A DNA stretch of 64,000 nt, taken from NCBI GenBank assembly GCA_051382295.1, contig JBBCAW010000033.1, positions 1 through 64,000 on the forward strand, in the 5' to 3' direction. The stretch comes from Bdellovibrionota bacterium FG-1 (GTDB lineage: Bacteria; Bdellovibrionota; UBA1018). Shown here piece by piece: positions 49,228 to 60,157 of this stretch (position 1 is its first letter; each line of letters starts with the position of its first letter). Position numbers and translations under genes: made by a program. The notes beneath the pieces are model-generated. The model did no database searches. It saw only the letters and a program-made list of their open reading frames with translations, and was not told the DNA's origin.

Positions 49228-52200
49228 TCAGCTACAACCCATCGAGTTGCCGCAGTTCATGCACTTATAGCAAGCGCCGTTGCGGACGGTCGTATGTCCA
49301 CAACTATCACACGGGGGGGCATCACCCATCATTTGGGCCAAGTGAGAGCCCGCAGGCGAGTTCTGTAAGCCTGGCATGTGCATTTCCATTTGCGGCTGCA
49401 TGCCCGCGATCGGTATCCCCGCCGCAATCAGCTTGGAGGGTTCCTTAGGAATCAACGCCGCCGCGCCTCGCTCGGCACTCAAATCGACAGGTTTGATTTG
49501 CACAAAATCGGTGCGACCTAAGTACTCCATCCCCAGTACTCGGAAAATATAATCCACGAGCGACGTCGCCATCTTCACGTTAGGATGCCCCGTGACCATT
49601 CCGCTCGGCTCAAACCGAGTGAAGGTGAATTTATCCACAAATTCAGCAAGCGGCACCCCATACTGAAGGCCTAAGCTCACCGAAATCGCAAAACAGTTCA
49701 TCATCGAACGGTAAGCGGCGCCTTCTTTATGCATATCAATGAAAAGCTCACCTAAGGCTCCATCGGCGTACTCACCGGTCCGAAGATAGACTTTATGCCC
49801 GGCCACTTCGGCCTCTTGCGTGAAGCCTAGCCGCTTGGCCGGAAGCTTGCGTCTCACCGGAGCAAACGTGAGCTGCGCACCGACGGCCGCCGCTTGTGCG
49901 GCCGCCGCTACGGCTTGGTTTTCAGGAGTCACAGAAACTTTAGTTTCTACTTTGGTCTCCGTTTTAGATTCGGTTTTCGAATCCGACTTTGACGAAAGAG
50001 GCTGCGAAAGTTTGCAACCGTCCCGATAAAGCGCCACGGCTTTGAGGCCCAATTTCCAGCCCTGATAGTAGATATCTTGAATTTCTTCAACCGTCGTTTC
50101 ATGCGGAAGATTAACGGTTTTAGAAATCGCACCCGATAAAAAGGGTTGAGTGGCCCCCATCATACGAACATGGCCCATCGGCGCGATAAAGCGCTTCCCT
50201 TTTTGCCCACATTTATTTGCGCAGTCAAACACCGAAAGGTGCTTGTCTTGCAGATGTGGGGCCCCTTCGACGGTCATCGTTCCACAAATGGCTTCGTTGG
50301 CTTCTTGAAGTTGAGTTTCAGTCAGCCCGGCCCAACGTAAAAAATTAAACGTGGGTTTTTCGAACTCTTCTTTTTTGATTCCCATTCGCTCCAACGCCGC
50401 GTCGCCCAAGGTAAACCGGCTAAAAGCGCTGGAAAGCTCAAAGGTCCCAGGAAGAGTCTTCTCAATCTTGGCAATCTCACTCTCATGGAGGCCTTTGGCC
50501 TTCAAGAACTCACGATTCACATGAGGCGTACTCACTAAATTCATCGCCCCGAGAAGGTAACGCAAGATCTCCTCGACCTGCATCTCGGTGTAACCGAGAT
50601 TTTGAAGAGCCGCAGGCACCGAGTTATTGACGATCTTAAAGTAACCGCCGCCAGCGAGCTTCTTGAATTTAACCAGCGCAAAATCAGGTTCCACGCCAGT
50701 CGTATCGCAATCCATCAATAAACCAATGGTGCCCGTCGGGGCCAACACGGTGACCTGAGCATTGCGATACCCGTACTTTTCGCCTAAGGCCAAAGCCAGA
50801 TCCCAATCCTGCTTTGCAGCCTGGACCAGGTCTTTGAGTCCGCCCTTTTCAGAGCCCTTGAGCTGGTAAGCCGCATCTCGGTGCTTACGGATCACGCGAA
50901 GCATGGAATCGCGGTTAGGACCATAACCAGGGAAAGGCCCAATGGCACCCGCCTCTTCCGCGCTGACAGCATATGCATGCCCGCACATAATCGCCGTCAG
51001 AGCGCCCGCCCAGGCACGACCTTCGTCACTGTCATAGGCGATCCCTTTGAGCATCAGCAAAGTACCCAAATTCGCGAAACCGAGGCCCAAAGGCCGATAG
51101 TCATGCGAATTTTTTGCGATCGTCTCGGTCGGATAACTCGACGAATCCACCAAGATTTCTTGCGAAATCACCAGAACGCGACAAGCCCGTCGGTAGCCTT
51201 CGATGTCGAAGCTTCCATCTTCTTTTAAAAATTTAACCAAGTTCAGCGATGACAGATTGCAAGCCGTATCATCCAAGAACATGTACTCCGAGCATGGATT
51301 CGAGGCGTTGATCCGATCTGTATTCGCACAAGTATGCCAGTCATTGATCGTCGTATCGTACTGAACTCCCGGATCAGCGCAGGCCCAAGCCGCCTCGGCG
51401 ACTTTTTTCCACATATCCTTGGCTTCGTAAGTTTGAATCACACGCCCATCGGTCCGAGCTTTGGTGTGCCACTGGCCGCCAGTCTCCACAGCCTTCATGA
51501 AATCGTCGCTCACGCGCACCGAATTATTCGAATTTTGGCCCGCCACGGTTTTGTAGGCTTCACCGTTGAAATCCGAGCTATAACCCGCAGCAATAAGCGC
51601 CGCCACTTTGCGTTCCTCGCGCTGCTTCCAAGTGATAAAATCCATGATTTCTGGATGGTCCATATCCAAGCAAACCATCTTAGCCGCGCGGCGGGTGGTC
51701 CCTCCCGATTTAGTAGCGCCGGCCCCCTTGTCGAAAACTTCAAGGAAACTCATGAGTCCAGATGAAAGCCCGCCACCAGAAAGGTTTTCTTGAGAACCGC
51801 GAATCTTGGAGAAATTTGAACCCGTGCCTGAACCATACTTAAACAAACGGGCTTCGTTTTTGACCAATTGAAAGATCGACATCAAGTCATCTTGAACCGA
51901 CTGAATAAAACAGGCGGAGCATTGCGGCTTCTGATAAGCATTTTTGGTTTCCACGATCCGCATTTGCTGCGCATCCCAGGCGTAATTGCCACCGGAACCC
52001 TCGATGCCATACTCTTGATGCAAACCGAGATTGAACCACACCGGTGAATTAAACGCTCCCATTTGATGAACCAAAAGGTAGGACAACTCATCTTCAAAGG
52101 CTCCGGCATCCTTTTCGTTAAAATAGCCCATCTGTTCGCCGGCGGAACGAATCGTGTGAGCCACGCGGTGGATCACCTGTCGAACTGAGGTTTCATGCCC

Positions 52201-52563
52201 GGTTACCGGTACTCCCGCCTTGCGAAAGTATTTCGATACGACGATGTCGACCGCCAACTGACTCCAGTGGGTCGGAATTTCGACATTTTCCAGCGCAAAA
52301 ACGGTGCGACCCTCGGTGTCTTTAATCTTGGCACTCGACTTCCGATATTCAACGACATCCATGGGACCCAGGCCCTGCCGATTCAGATTCTCAGTAAAAT
52401 AACGTTCGATAGGGACATAGGCGAGCCGGGAGTCTTCAGACGCACCCTTCCTTACTGATAAGGGGGTTGTCTTAACCACTGTTCCTCTAGCGGCTCTGAC
52501 CTTTTTAACTTTGATTGGATTCGCTTCTACCGTTTGCTCACTGCTCATCTGCTGGTCACTCAT
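49228..52563 (-). CDS. nrdJ: Vitamin B12-dependent (class II) ribonucleotide reductase
   Basis: FNSPVWFN, QCSACFI, ASNPCSEY, TACNL, APTGTIG, SKTVN, C-terminal CxxC...CxxC; ATG at 52563 chosen because the track start overlaps the NrdR box. Confidence 0.95.
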   Translation of the reverse strand: MSDQQMSSEQTVEANPIKVKKVRAARGTVVKTTPLSVRKGASEDSRLAYVPIERYFTENLNRQGLGPMDVVEYRKSSAKIKDTEGRTVFALENVEIPTHWSQLAVDIVVSKYFRKAGVPVTGHETSVRQVIHRVAHTIRSAGEQMGYFNEKDAGAFEDELSYLLVHQMGAFNSPVWFNLGLHQEYGIEGSGGNYAWDAQQMRIVETKNAYQKPQCSACFIQSVQDDLMSIFQLVKNEARLFKYGSGTGSNFSKIRGSQENLSGGGLSSGLMSFLEVFDKGAGATKSGGTTRRAAKMVCLDMDHPEIMDFITWKQREERKVAALIAAGYSSDFNGEAYKTVAGQNSNNSVRVSDDFMKAVETGGQWHTKARTDGRVIQTYEAKDMWKKVAEAAWACADPGVQYDTTINDWHTCANTDRINASNPCSEYMFLDDTACNLSSLNLVKFLKEDGSFDIEGYRRACRVLVISQEILVDSSSYPTETIAKNSHDYRPLGLGFANLGTLLMLKGIAYDSDEGRAWAGALTAIMCGHAYAVSAEEAGAIGPFPGYGPNRDSMLRVIRKHRDAAYQLKGSEKGGLKDLVQAAKQDWDLALALGEKYGYRNAQVTVLAPTGTIGLLMDCDTTGVEPDFALVKFKKLAGGGYFKIVNNSVPAALQNLGYTEMQVEEILRYLLGAMNLVSTPHVNREFLKAKGLHESEIAKIEKTLPGTFELSSAFSRFTLGDAALERMGIKKEEFEKPTFNFLRWAGLTETQLQEANEAICGTMTVEGAPHLQDKHLSVFDCANKCGQKGKRFIAPMGHVRMMGATQPFLSGAISKTVNLPHETTVEEIQDIYYQGWKLGLKAVALYRDGCKLSQPLSSKSDSKTESKTETKVETKVSVTPENQAVAAAAQAAAVGAQLTFAPVRRKLPAKRLGFTQEAEVAGHKVYLRTGEYADGALGELFIDMHKEGAAYRSMMNCFAISVSLGLQYGVPLAEFVDKFTFTRFEPSGMVTGHPNVKMATSLVDYIFRVLGMEYLGRTDFVQIKPVDLSAERGAAALIPKEPSKLIAAGIPIAGMQPQMEMHMPGLQNSPAGSHLAQMMGDAPPCDSCGHTTVRNGACYKCMNCGNSMGCS

Positions 52564-52721
52564 CTCTTTTTCTGTTCTTCCGTTGGTTCCGAGCCAATCG
52601 TTATCCATCCGATCCATGATTGATGTCTCCAAGAATGTTTGTCTTAAACTTATAACGGCCCTATCCGTCAATATCGTCCTGATGATTTTATTTTGGCCCG
52701 TATCAACCGAGAAAGTCAAAG

Positions 52722-52772
52722 GACACCACAATCTATTGTGGTGTCATTACCCGTACCCTACTAGCAATAGAC
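52722..52772. promoter_or_regulatory. Tandem NrdR boxes upstream of nrdJ
   Basis: GACACCACAATCTATTGTGGTGTC palindrome containing CAATCTATTGTG (consensus CwAtATaTwGtg); weaker CTAGCAATAG 32 bp away. Confidence 0.8.
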
Positions 52773-53102
52773 ATTTCAGGTCTGCGTTAATCCCTCAAGC
52801 CCTTTAGGTTTTTTGGAAAATTCGGCCCATTTCAGCACGCCGCAACGCAACTTTAGCACATTGCATTATCAAAACTAATGCTTGACCCCAGACGCTTTTT
52901 CGCACCAACCCATCCAGAGCGTGTTTTCTACGGTTTTTAAGTTTTTAAGGCTGGTTTTGCGGACTGCATTTCGAAACATGGGACATGTTTACCCAAAATA
53001 ACGGCGATTCACATTCAAACGTCATTCGGATTTTGGATGGACGTTCGGATATCAGTCCTTTAGCTCCCCACCGACGGTTCGTGCCGCATGACGCGCGCCT
53101 CT

Positions 53103-53127
53103 ACCAAAAGGTGCGGAGCACCTTTTG
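53103..53127. repeat. Palindrome, copy 2 (inverted copy of 18476-18500)
   Basis: ACCAAAAGGTGCGGAGCACCTTTTG is the exact reverse complement of 18476-18500. Confidence 0.75.
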
Positions 53128-53184
53128 ACATCCCGCAAGAATCATGAGAAAGGATCTGCCGCGACGAACCTCGGAGACCTAACC

Positions 53185-55500
53185 ATGATTCGCTATGCCC
53201 TACTCTTGGCCCTCTCTTCATCTGCCTTAGCCACCGCCGCCTTCGCTAACGACCCCCTGATCCGCTGGACCGCCACCGAAGACACTGATGGGTCGATCAG
53301 CCATGTATTGGATGTACTGGGCAAAAAGCTTGGCTACGGCCTTACTCGAGACAACTTCACACTCCAAGAAGAGCGAGACCTCGCCTTCAATCACTACCGC
53401 TATTTTGTGCAATTAGCCGATGGTGTACCGGTCCATGGCAAAGGGATTCGCATTTGGACCGAGCTCAACCCGGAAGGAAAAACAGAGCGCACGGTTCAAA
53501 TCGAGGCCGACCTCAATAGCCCACGCGCTATCCAGTCCCTGACCTCAAGGCTGCGAGACCAAGGCAGTACCGCAGCAGTTTTCCGCCAAGACCTCTCTAG
53601 CGAAGAAACGCTTCAATTGACACGCAAGAGCGTGCTCACCGACTTGGATGACCCGAACCTCCGGGGTATCTCTTGGAAGGACGAATGGAAAAATGGCCAA
53701 CTCGAACGCTTGGTCAAAGTCCATGGAAAACGAGGGGTTCACTGGGTCCATATCGATCTGGACTCCCAAGAAGTGACCTCCCGCGAATACCGTGAATTTC
53801 CACAGGACGACGTTGAAATTCCGGTTCAAATCTACCCAGTTTACGAAGAAAACGAAAGCGACCACCAGATGCTTTCGCGCGTTCCAGGGGTTTTACGCCA
53901 TATTTTGCCGCAAGTTCCTCAAAATCAGAGCGACCTGTACGCTCCCCTCAAAACCCAGCGGTATTACGACTACAAATATAATCCAACCCTAGGGCAAACC
54001 GAAGCCGGTCGGGCGCAGGGTTTTTGGTCCATGGCTTACGTCAAGGGCGAAGCCGCTCGCATCCGCGCAGCCCTTCCATTAGTCGATAATTCTTTTGCCA
54101 ACGGCCTCTTGCTTCAAGGTCGTTACACTTCGATCAACATCCATCCTGACGCCATCACGCAATATGGGCCGCTCGGTTTTTCACCCGTATTTTCGACTCC
54201 TTTTCTGCCGAACTGGGTTCAGGCCAGCGGCGACCCACAAGCCAACGACGAAATGATCCCGATGCAGGCTTACGCGGGAAAACCCCTCAGCTCGGCTCAG
54301 GACGCGATGGATCGCCCCGCGCGACGCCTGCCGAACCACAATCCCACCGCTTATCTCAACGACGGCTTTGACGAAATCCAGGTCTATTACGCAGTCGATA
54401 CGCTCTTTAACGAACTGCACGCTCGCGGTTGGAAGGATCCAGAACTCTCAACCCGCCCTTTTAATGCGTTTTTGTTTAATCCGGATATTTCGATGCGGGA
54501 CAATGCCTACTACACGGACGACACGATCAATTTTACGACGTACTCGCCTACCGCCATTAATTTTGCGCGCGACAACAGTACAATTTGGCACGAACTCGGT
54601 CACGGCGTGATGGATCGTTTGATGGGCGACAACATTGAACTCGCGGACACCGGCGGCCTCAGCGAAGGCATGGCTGACTTTGTCGCAGCCCTCGTGGTCC
54701 AAGCGGTCACGCAAGGAAAGCCTTTTGCAGGCTCGAATGAATTTCGCATCATCAACAAGACGGGCTTCAATCTCACGAACGAAGTCCATGATGATGGCGA
54801 GGCCTACGGTGGCGCGATGAAGGACTTTTTGGACGCGGCACTCCAGGCCAATCCGAAGACGGGTCTAGAGCAGGTTACGGATGTTGAGCTCGAAGCCATG
54901 CGCCTCACCCGCGATTATCCAGGTCTCACCGCCGCAGAATGGTTCAACCACATCCTCTTCGCCGATAGCTTAGGCCGCCCGGGCCTCCGCGCCCCGAACG
55001 CACTCAAACCGTTCCTCACCGCTGCACTCGCAGGCCGCAACTTCAAATTCGACACGAGCCCGGTGGCTACCTTCGGACTCGTGAACACGACATCCGGCAC
55101 TCCCGCCGAAGTGGTTGCAGGCTCCCCCGGCTCGCGCAACTCGCCGATTCCAGTCGTGATCGATAAAGCCAAAACGGCCAGCTTCACGCTTCAAGCAAGC
55201 GTAAAAAACTCCGACTCCTTTGCCTTCAAGTTTCCAGTGCAAGTGAAGGTCAAGTTTAATGCTGGCCCTCTTGAGGGTGCGATCCATTGGGTGGGCGAAG
55301 AAAAAGGCGATCAGGTATTCACCCTGAGCTCCGAAACCGACGTAGCCACGATTCCACTCACGGTGACGGGTACTTGCGATGAGGTCAATCGCCAAGACGG
55401 AAGCTGCGTCGACTACGCCTATGTTCAAATCTGGGGCGCCGGCGACACCACCCGGCCGACGGCGAAGAAACGTTTCTATCTTCGGGTGAAGAATCCGTAA
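53185..55500 (+). CDS. Secreted zinc metallopeptidase (thermolysin/fungalysin, M4/M36-like) with propeptide
   Basis: Signal peptide after a GGAG RBS; FTP-like propeptide; DNAYY, HELGH, GLSEGMAD, EVHDDG. Confidence 0.88.
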   Translation: MIRYALLLALSSSALATAAFANDPLIRWTATEDTDGSISHVLDVLGKKLGYGLTRDNFTLQEERDLAFNHYRYFVQLADGVPVHGKGIRIWTELNPEGKTERTVQIEADLNSPRAIQSLTSRLRDQGSTAAVFRQDLSSEETLQLTRKSVLTDLDDPNLRGISWKDEWKNGQLERLVKVHGKRGVHWVHIDLDSQEVTSREYREFPQDDVEIPVQIYPVYEENESDHQMLSRVPGVLRHILPQVPQNQSDLYAPLKTQRYYDYKYNPTLGQTEAGRAQGFWSMAYVKGEAARIRAALPLVDNSFANGLLLQGRYTSINIHPDAITQYGPLGFSPVFSTPFLPNWVQASGDPQANDEMIPMQAYAGKPLSSAQDAMDRPARRLPNHNPTAYLNDGFDEIQVYYAVDTLFNELHARGWKDPELSTRPFNAFLFNPDISMRDNAYYTDDTINFTTYSPTAINFARDNSTIWHELGHGVMDRLMGDNIELADTGGLSEGMADFVAALVVQAVTQGKPFAGSNEFRIINKTGFNLTNEVHDDGEAYGGAMKDFLDAALQANPKTGLEQVTDVELEAMRLTRDYPGLTAAEWFNHILFADSLGRPGLRAPNALKPFLTAALAGRNFKFDTSPVATFGLVNTTSGTPAEVVAGSPGSRNSPIPVVIDKAKTASFTLQASVKNSDSFAFKFPVQVKVKFNAGPLEGAIHWVGEEKGDQVFTLSSETDVATIPLTVTGTCDEVNRQDGSCVDYAYVQIWGAGDTTRPTAKKRFYLRVKNP

Positions 55501-55536
55501 TTTCTGTATTGCGCTGGCAGGCTACGACAGGAATTC

Positions 55537-56013
55537 TCACCCGCTTTTCGTGACCTCAGGTGTCTGAACTGAAATCTCGACAGGGCCCTTACTCGTAGAG
55601 ATTTTTCCTGACTCGTCCTTAGCTTCGACCCGCGCCTCATATTTCATGGTTTTACCGCTGACCGCCAGGCGCTTCAGTTGCTCGGCGTTCAGCTCCGCAA
55701 CCCAGGTGGACCCACCCACGTTTTTCATCGGAATCGAAAGCGGAACTTCCGTAAAATTGATTTTCACATCGGTGACCTTTGAACCGAAGTCCTTAACGTC
55801 GGCGACCACCTTATTGGTCTCATTCGGTTTGAGTTGTTGATTGAGACTGAAAGTTCCCGGTTCAGTATGGGCGTTCAGTACCGTGGGTCCGGAGGTGGCG
55901 ATGTCTTTGCCTGACTCCGAATTCCAGGGCATGCTCGAACAAGCGGTGACCTGCAAGAACAGAAGACCCGAAAAAAGCGTGACTATATAGGGCATTTTTG
56001 TGTGATTTTTCAT
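55537..56013 (-). CDS. Hypothetical lipoprotein (beta-rich)
   Basis: Lipobox VTAC after a hydrophobic stretch; ATG at 56013. Confidence 0.7.
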   Translation of the reverse strand: MKNHTKMPYIVTLFSGLLFLQVTACSSMPWNSESGKDIATSGPTVLNAHTEPGTFSLNQQLKPNETNKVVADVKDFGSKVTDVKINFTEVPLSIPMKNVGGSTWVAELNAEQLKRLAVSGKTMKYEARVEAKDESGKISTSKGPVEISVQTPEVTKSG

Positions 56014-56082
56014 GCTTCCGAAATAAGCAATTTTCAAGCCTCGCTGCAAAGATTCTAGTGAAAATTTATAAAACACCACAAC

Positions 56083-56098
56083 TGGCCCGGGATTTGCT
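56083..56098 (+). promoter_or_regulatory. Sigma54 (-24/-12) promoter of the OmpA-family gene
   Basis: TGGCCCG-GGAT-TTGCT, GG and GC exactly 12 nt apart; GGAGGA RBS downstream. Confidence 0.65.
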
Positions 56099-56124
56099 TC
56101 AAGTGGCACCACCTGGAGGATCAC

Positions 56125-57450
56125 ATGCACATCAATTCGCTACTTTCAAAAATCACGATTTTATCCGCTCTCTTAACGCTCTACGGCTGCGCTGGAGAAT
56201 CCATTCGAGTATCTGAGTTTCCCACCTCAGCAGATCCTTCAGTGGAGATTGCGCGCTTGGACAAAGATATGGGTGAAGCCCTCAATGCCCAAGTTGACGT
56301 CACGGCACCCGTTCATTTCCGCAGCGCCAATAGCGCTCTAAAGAAGGCACAGGACCGGAGAGCCAGTAATGATTCAAACCAAGACATTCTCAAAAAGGTC
56401 GCCGAAGGGGACGCCTACCTCGCTCGCGCAAGAGAGAAGGCCGCGATCACCGAGGCCGCCCTTGATCCGATCATCGCGACACGCGGCCACGCCCTTGCCG
56501 CAAAGGCCGACCGGACGGCTGAAAAGGACTTTGCGTCAGCCGACGAAGAACTTCTACGCACGACCATGAACATTGAGAAAGGCAACACCAGCATCGACGA
56601 GAAGACACGCGGAGAGCTCCTCGCCAAGTATAAAAAACTTGAACTGGACGGAGTCCGCGAAGCCCAGCTCGGAGACTCCTTACGGGCCCTTGAGCAAGCC
56701 AAGACCGAGGGCGCCAAAGAATGGGCACCCAAGACTCTCGTTCAGGCAGAAAACATGATGAACACCGCAGACGCCGCGATTCAAAAGGATCCAAACAACC
56801 CTGAGATTGCGGCATTATCAAAGAATGCAAAAGCCGAGACCGACCTCCTGATGCGCGTCACCCGACAGAGCAAACTGGTGAAAACTCAAAATCCAGAAGA
56901 AACCGTTTTGGCTATGGAGAAACAAAACGAAGCGCTCACCCAAATGGGGGGCGAAGCCATGGCCAAGGAGAAGACCCTGGGTGAACAAAAGGAACAATTG
57001 GCCGTACTCGGCGACGAGGCCAAAGATAACGAACGTTTCACGAAGGTCAGCGCCTATTTCACGAAGGAGGAAGCCGAAGTCCTGAAAAACGATAAGCAAA
57101 TCATCGTTCGGCTGAAGGGACTTAATTTCCCAGTAGCTAAGTCCACGATTCCTACCGAAAATTTCGCGCTGTTGAAAAAGGTGCAGAACTTCCTCGCCGA
57201 ATACTCCGAGAAGTCGGTCACCATCGAAGGACATACCGACTCCGTCGGCAGCAAGGAAACGAATCAAAAAATCTCGGAAAAACGGGCGGACGCAGTCAAG
57301 GATTACCTCGTTGCCAACAACGCGGTAACTGAAGAGAACGTCAAAGCCGAAGGCAAGGGCTTCGCTGTCCCGGTCGCCACCAATAAAACCAAGGAAGGAC
57401 GCGCCCAGAACCGTCGCGTCGACATCATCCTCACGCCGCCGACAGGTTGA
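56125..57450 (+). CDS. OmpA-family peptidoglycan-associated lipoprotein with helical (DUF4398-like) N-terminal repeats
   Basis: Lipobox LYGC; IEGHTDSVG, NQKISEKRA, GRAQNRRVDI. Confidence 0.9.
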   Translation: MHINSLLSKITILSALLTLYGCAGESIRVSEFPTSADPSVEIARLDKDMGEALNAQVDVTAPVHFRSANSALKKAQDRRASNDSNQDILKKVAEGDAYLARAREKAAITEAALDPIIATRGHALAAKADRTAEKDFASADEELLRTTMNIEKGNTSIDEKTRGELLAKYKKLELDGVREAQLGDSLRALEQAKTEGAKEWAPKTLVQAENMMNTADAAIQKDPNNPEIAALSKNAKAETDLLMRVTRQSKLVKTQNPEETVLAMEKQNEALTQMGGEAMAKEKTLGEQKEQLAVLGDEAKDNERFTKVSAYFTKEEAEVLKNDKQIIVRLKGLNFPVAKSTIPTENFALLKKVQNFLAEYSEKSVTIEGHTDSVGSKETNQKISEKRADAVKDYLVANNAVTEENVKAEGKGFAVPVATNKTKEGRAQNRRVDIILTPPTG

Positions 57451-57471
57451 TCATCCACGAATAACCAATCA

Positions 57472-57512
57472 ATGACCATTCTGGGGCGCCCCTCCAGAAT
57501 GGTCGTTTTTTT
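57472..57512 (+). terminator. Intrinsic terminator
   Basis: GACCATTCTGG-ggcgcccct-CCAGAATGGTC followed by a T run. Confidence 0.8.
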
Positions 57513-57529
57513 GGGGTGATCACCACCCC

Positions 57530-59041
57530 TTACAAAAACCGCTCCGTGAACTCACCACTCGCGTAACTAAATAGTTTTTTCTGTCCATCCACTTCGGTTT
57601 CCACGTTCACCGGGCGTTTCCAAATTTCAGAGAGCGCCTTCATGGTTTCACGGGCCCAGCGCACATCCAGATCAAGCCCCTGGTGCTTGTGAGAAAGTAA
57701 AAGCTCGCCCTTGTTTTGAAAATTACCGTCAGTGACGTAAATAAAAGGCTGCCCCATGTTCGAAATCCCGAACAGAAGCTTCTCCTTCACCTTGCGATAA
57801 TCCCGATCTACGATTTCATACTGATTGGTGCGACGATTAAACTGATAGGTATAGAGTTTAAATCGCTCGCAAAACTCTTCAGTGAGGTATTCGTCAATAA
57901 AGGTGATGTCGTTACAGACCTGGCGAACTTCAAAAATCTTTTTACGACCTAGACCCAGCTTTTTATCCCAACCGGCTTTGACGATCATATCGTCGCAATC
58001 ATCCCATTCCTTACCGAATTTACCGCGGTTCCAACGATCTTCAATATCCCGATAAAGTTCGATCCCCACTTTGTAGGGATTAATTCGCCCCGGCGACATC
58101 GCCATCACGCCGGCGTGATGGTCGCAAAAATCGATAATCTCTGAATCACGAAGCGCTTTTTCCGTGAGAATTTTAGAATGCCAGTAAGAAGCCCAGCCCT
58201 CATTCATGATTTTCGTTTGGGCTTGGGGAGCAAAATAATAGGCTTCGTCGCGAACCATATTCAAAACATCATGCTCCCATTGCTCCAGCGGCGAAAACTG
58301 GAGCAAAAAAGCCAAAATATCTTTTTGGGGTTCAGCCGGAACCTTTTTACTTTGAACCTGATCCGCCGCCATTTTCAGACGCTGCTCCTCTAAAAACTCA
58401 GGCGGATTGATATACTTATCCATGTAATTACGTTCGCTCTTGAGTCGACCTACCTCAGGCGTCACCGTCTCATCGCTGTCCAAATCACTAGCCCGCCGAG
58501 GCGCCTTTTTATCAATAAAAGGAAGGTAAGGATCAATCAGGTTTTCAATGGCGAGGCATTTATCAATAAAATTCTCGACCGTATCCTGCCCCAAACGATC
58601 CATATGACTACGAATCTTGACCGCATGATTGGCCATGGCATCGAGCATCTTACGGTTAGTCTTGGAAAACCAATAATTGTTCTTAAAAAAGTCCACATGG
58701 CCATACACATGCGCCATCACTGTCTTTTGATCGACAATATTATTGGCCTTCATCAAATACGCGTAAGAGGGGTTGGTGTTGATCACCATTTCGTAAATTT
58801 TTTGAAGCCCCCATTCATAGCCCTTGGACAGCTGATCGTAATCCATCCCGAAACGCCAATGAGGATAGCGCACCGGAAAGCCACCTAAAGCGGCCAGGGA
58901 GTTAATCTGCTCGGAGTCCACCATCTCAAAAATGACTTCGAAGGGGTCCAGTCCGTAATCGAGCGCATAGCCCAAAATTTGATCGCGAAGTTTGGAAAGC
59001 TCGGGCGTCAGCTGCGAAGAGCCATAATCATCGAACCCCAT
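57530..59041 (-). CDS. spoVR: SpoVR/YcgB-family protein
   Basis: GFPVRYPHWRFG, IYEMVINTNPSYAYL, AHVYGHVDFFKNN, TKIMNEGWASYWH, NPYKVG. Confidence 0.93.
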   Translation of the reverse strand: MGFDDYGSSQLTPELSKLRDQILGYALDYGLDPFEVIFEMVDSEQINSLAALGGFPVRYPHWRFGMDYDQLSKGYEWGLQKIYEMVINTNPSYAYLMKANNIVDQKTVMAHVYGHVDFFKNNYWFSKTNRKMLDAMANHAVKIRSHMDRLGQDTVENFIDKCLAIENLIDPYLPFIDKKAPRRASDLDSDETVTPEVGRLKSERNYMDKYINPPEFLEEQRLKMAADQVQSKKVPAEPQKDILAFLLQFSPLEQWEHDVLNMVRDEAYYFAPQAQTKIMNEGWASYWHSKILTEKALRDSEIIDFCDHHAGVMAMSPGRINPYKVGIELYRDIEDRWNRGKFGKEWDDCDDMIVKAGWDKKLGLGRKKIFEVRQVCNDITFIDEYLTEEFCERFKLYTYQFNRRTNQYEIVDRDYRKVKEKLLFGISNMGQPFIYVTDGNFQNKGELLLSHKHQGLDLDVRWARETMKALSEIWKRPVNVETEVDGQKKLFSYASGEFTERFL

Positions 59042-60151
59042 TTATTTGCCCTTCCCCAAGAAATCCTTGATCGACTGCAAAATCCCTTCTTTGTTCTCGA
59101 TTTTAGAGAGAATCACCGACTCATGATCCCCGCCAAAATGTTCCTTCAGATCCTTATAAAATTGTCCCGAACCATAGCGCGACTCCACCTGCCCATAGCA
59201 AAACACATTACACACCGAGAGCAGTGTCTGCTCCAAAATGTCCATGCACATCTTGGTATCTTCGCCCGACCAGTTGTCACCGTCGGAAAAGTGAAAAGGA
59301 TAAATATTCCACTCTGACGGCGCGTAATCCGTCTCGATGATTTTTTCGCAAAGTTTATAAGCCGAGCTGATTAAAGTGCCGCCGGATTCGCGCGTTTTGA
59401 AAAAAGTCTGTTCATCGACCTCACGAGCCGTCGCATCATGGATAATATATCGGGTTTCAATGCCCTTATATTGCGAGCGCAGCCAGGTATCGATCCAAAA
59501 AGCCTCGGTACGAACGATCTCCTTTTGCTCATCACCCATCGAACCCGAGACATCCATCATGTAGATAATGACGGCACTGTTTTCGTGACGAACCGCGCTT
59601 TTCCATGAACGAAAGCGCATATCCCGCCGAATGGGGACAATCAGCGGATCATCCGGATTATACGCCCCCGAAGCGATTTGCCGCCGCAAGGTCTCCTTAA
59701 AGGTCCTCTTAAAATGCCGTAAGGAGTTGGGCCCCTGATTGGCAATCCCCGTGTAGCGATCGGTCTTACTTTGAAGGGTCTTGTGACCACGCGGCATGAT
59801 CTTAGGAAGCTCCAGCTGCTCGCCCAAAATTTCGGCCAATTCCTGCAGCGTCAGATCCACCTCAAGCGAGTGCTCTCCCCCTTGGTTCCCAGCCTCCCCT
59901 TGGCCCGGCTGAGGATCCCCCTGCCCTATGGGATCACCCGGATTGCCCTCGCCTTGCCCGACGCCACCCTTGTCCTTATCGCCGTAACGAAACCGTGGGA
60001 TCTCGATCTGAGGCAGCGGAATCGTGACGATATCCTTACCCTTACGGCCCAGCATCTCGCCATGGGTCACGTACTTCTTAAGATCCTGCTTGATCTTGCC
60101 CTTGACGATTTGTCTAAAGCGACTGTGATCCCGCTTGATATTATAGAGCAC
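59042..60151 (-). CDS. yeaH: YeaH/YhbH (DUF444) vWA-like protein
   Basis: Gly-rich GQGEG segment, [29 protein letters not shown]. Confidence 0.9.
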   Translation of the reverse strand: MLYNIKRDHSRFRQIVKGKIKQDLKKYVTHGEMLGRKGKDIVTIPLPQIEIPRFRYGDKDKGGVGQGEGNPGDPIGQGDPQPGQGEAGNQGGEHSLEVDLTLQELAEILGEQLELPKIMPRGHKTLQSKTDRYTGIANQGPNSLRHFKRTFKETLRRQIASGAYNPDDPLIVPIRRDMRFRSWKSAVRHENSAVIIYMMDVSGSMGDEQKEIVRTEAFWIDTWLRSQYKGIETRYIIHDATAREVDEQTFFKTRESGGTLISSAYKLCEKIIETDYAPSEWNIYPFHFSDGDNWSGEDTKMCMDILEQTLLSVCNVFCYGQVESRYGSGQFYKDLKEHFGGDHESVILSKIENKEGILQSIKDFLGKGK

Positions 60152-60157
60152 TGGACC

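Noticed and set aside
49228..52731. Intein in, or long N-terminal extension of, NrdJ
   Set aside because: No intein splice or LAGLIDADG motifs seen; the track's extension runs into the NrdR box, so the true start is downstream
52800..53100. Cobalamin riboswitch or ncRNA in the nrdJ-peptidase intergenic region
   Set aside because: No B12-box or other recognisable conserved RNA motif by eye; an Rfam scan would be needed
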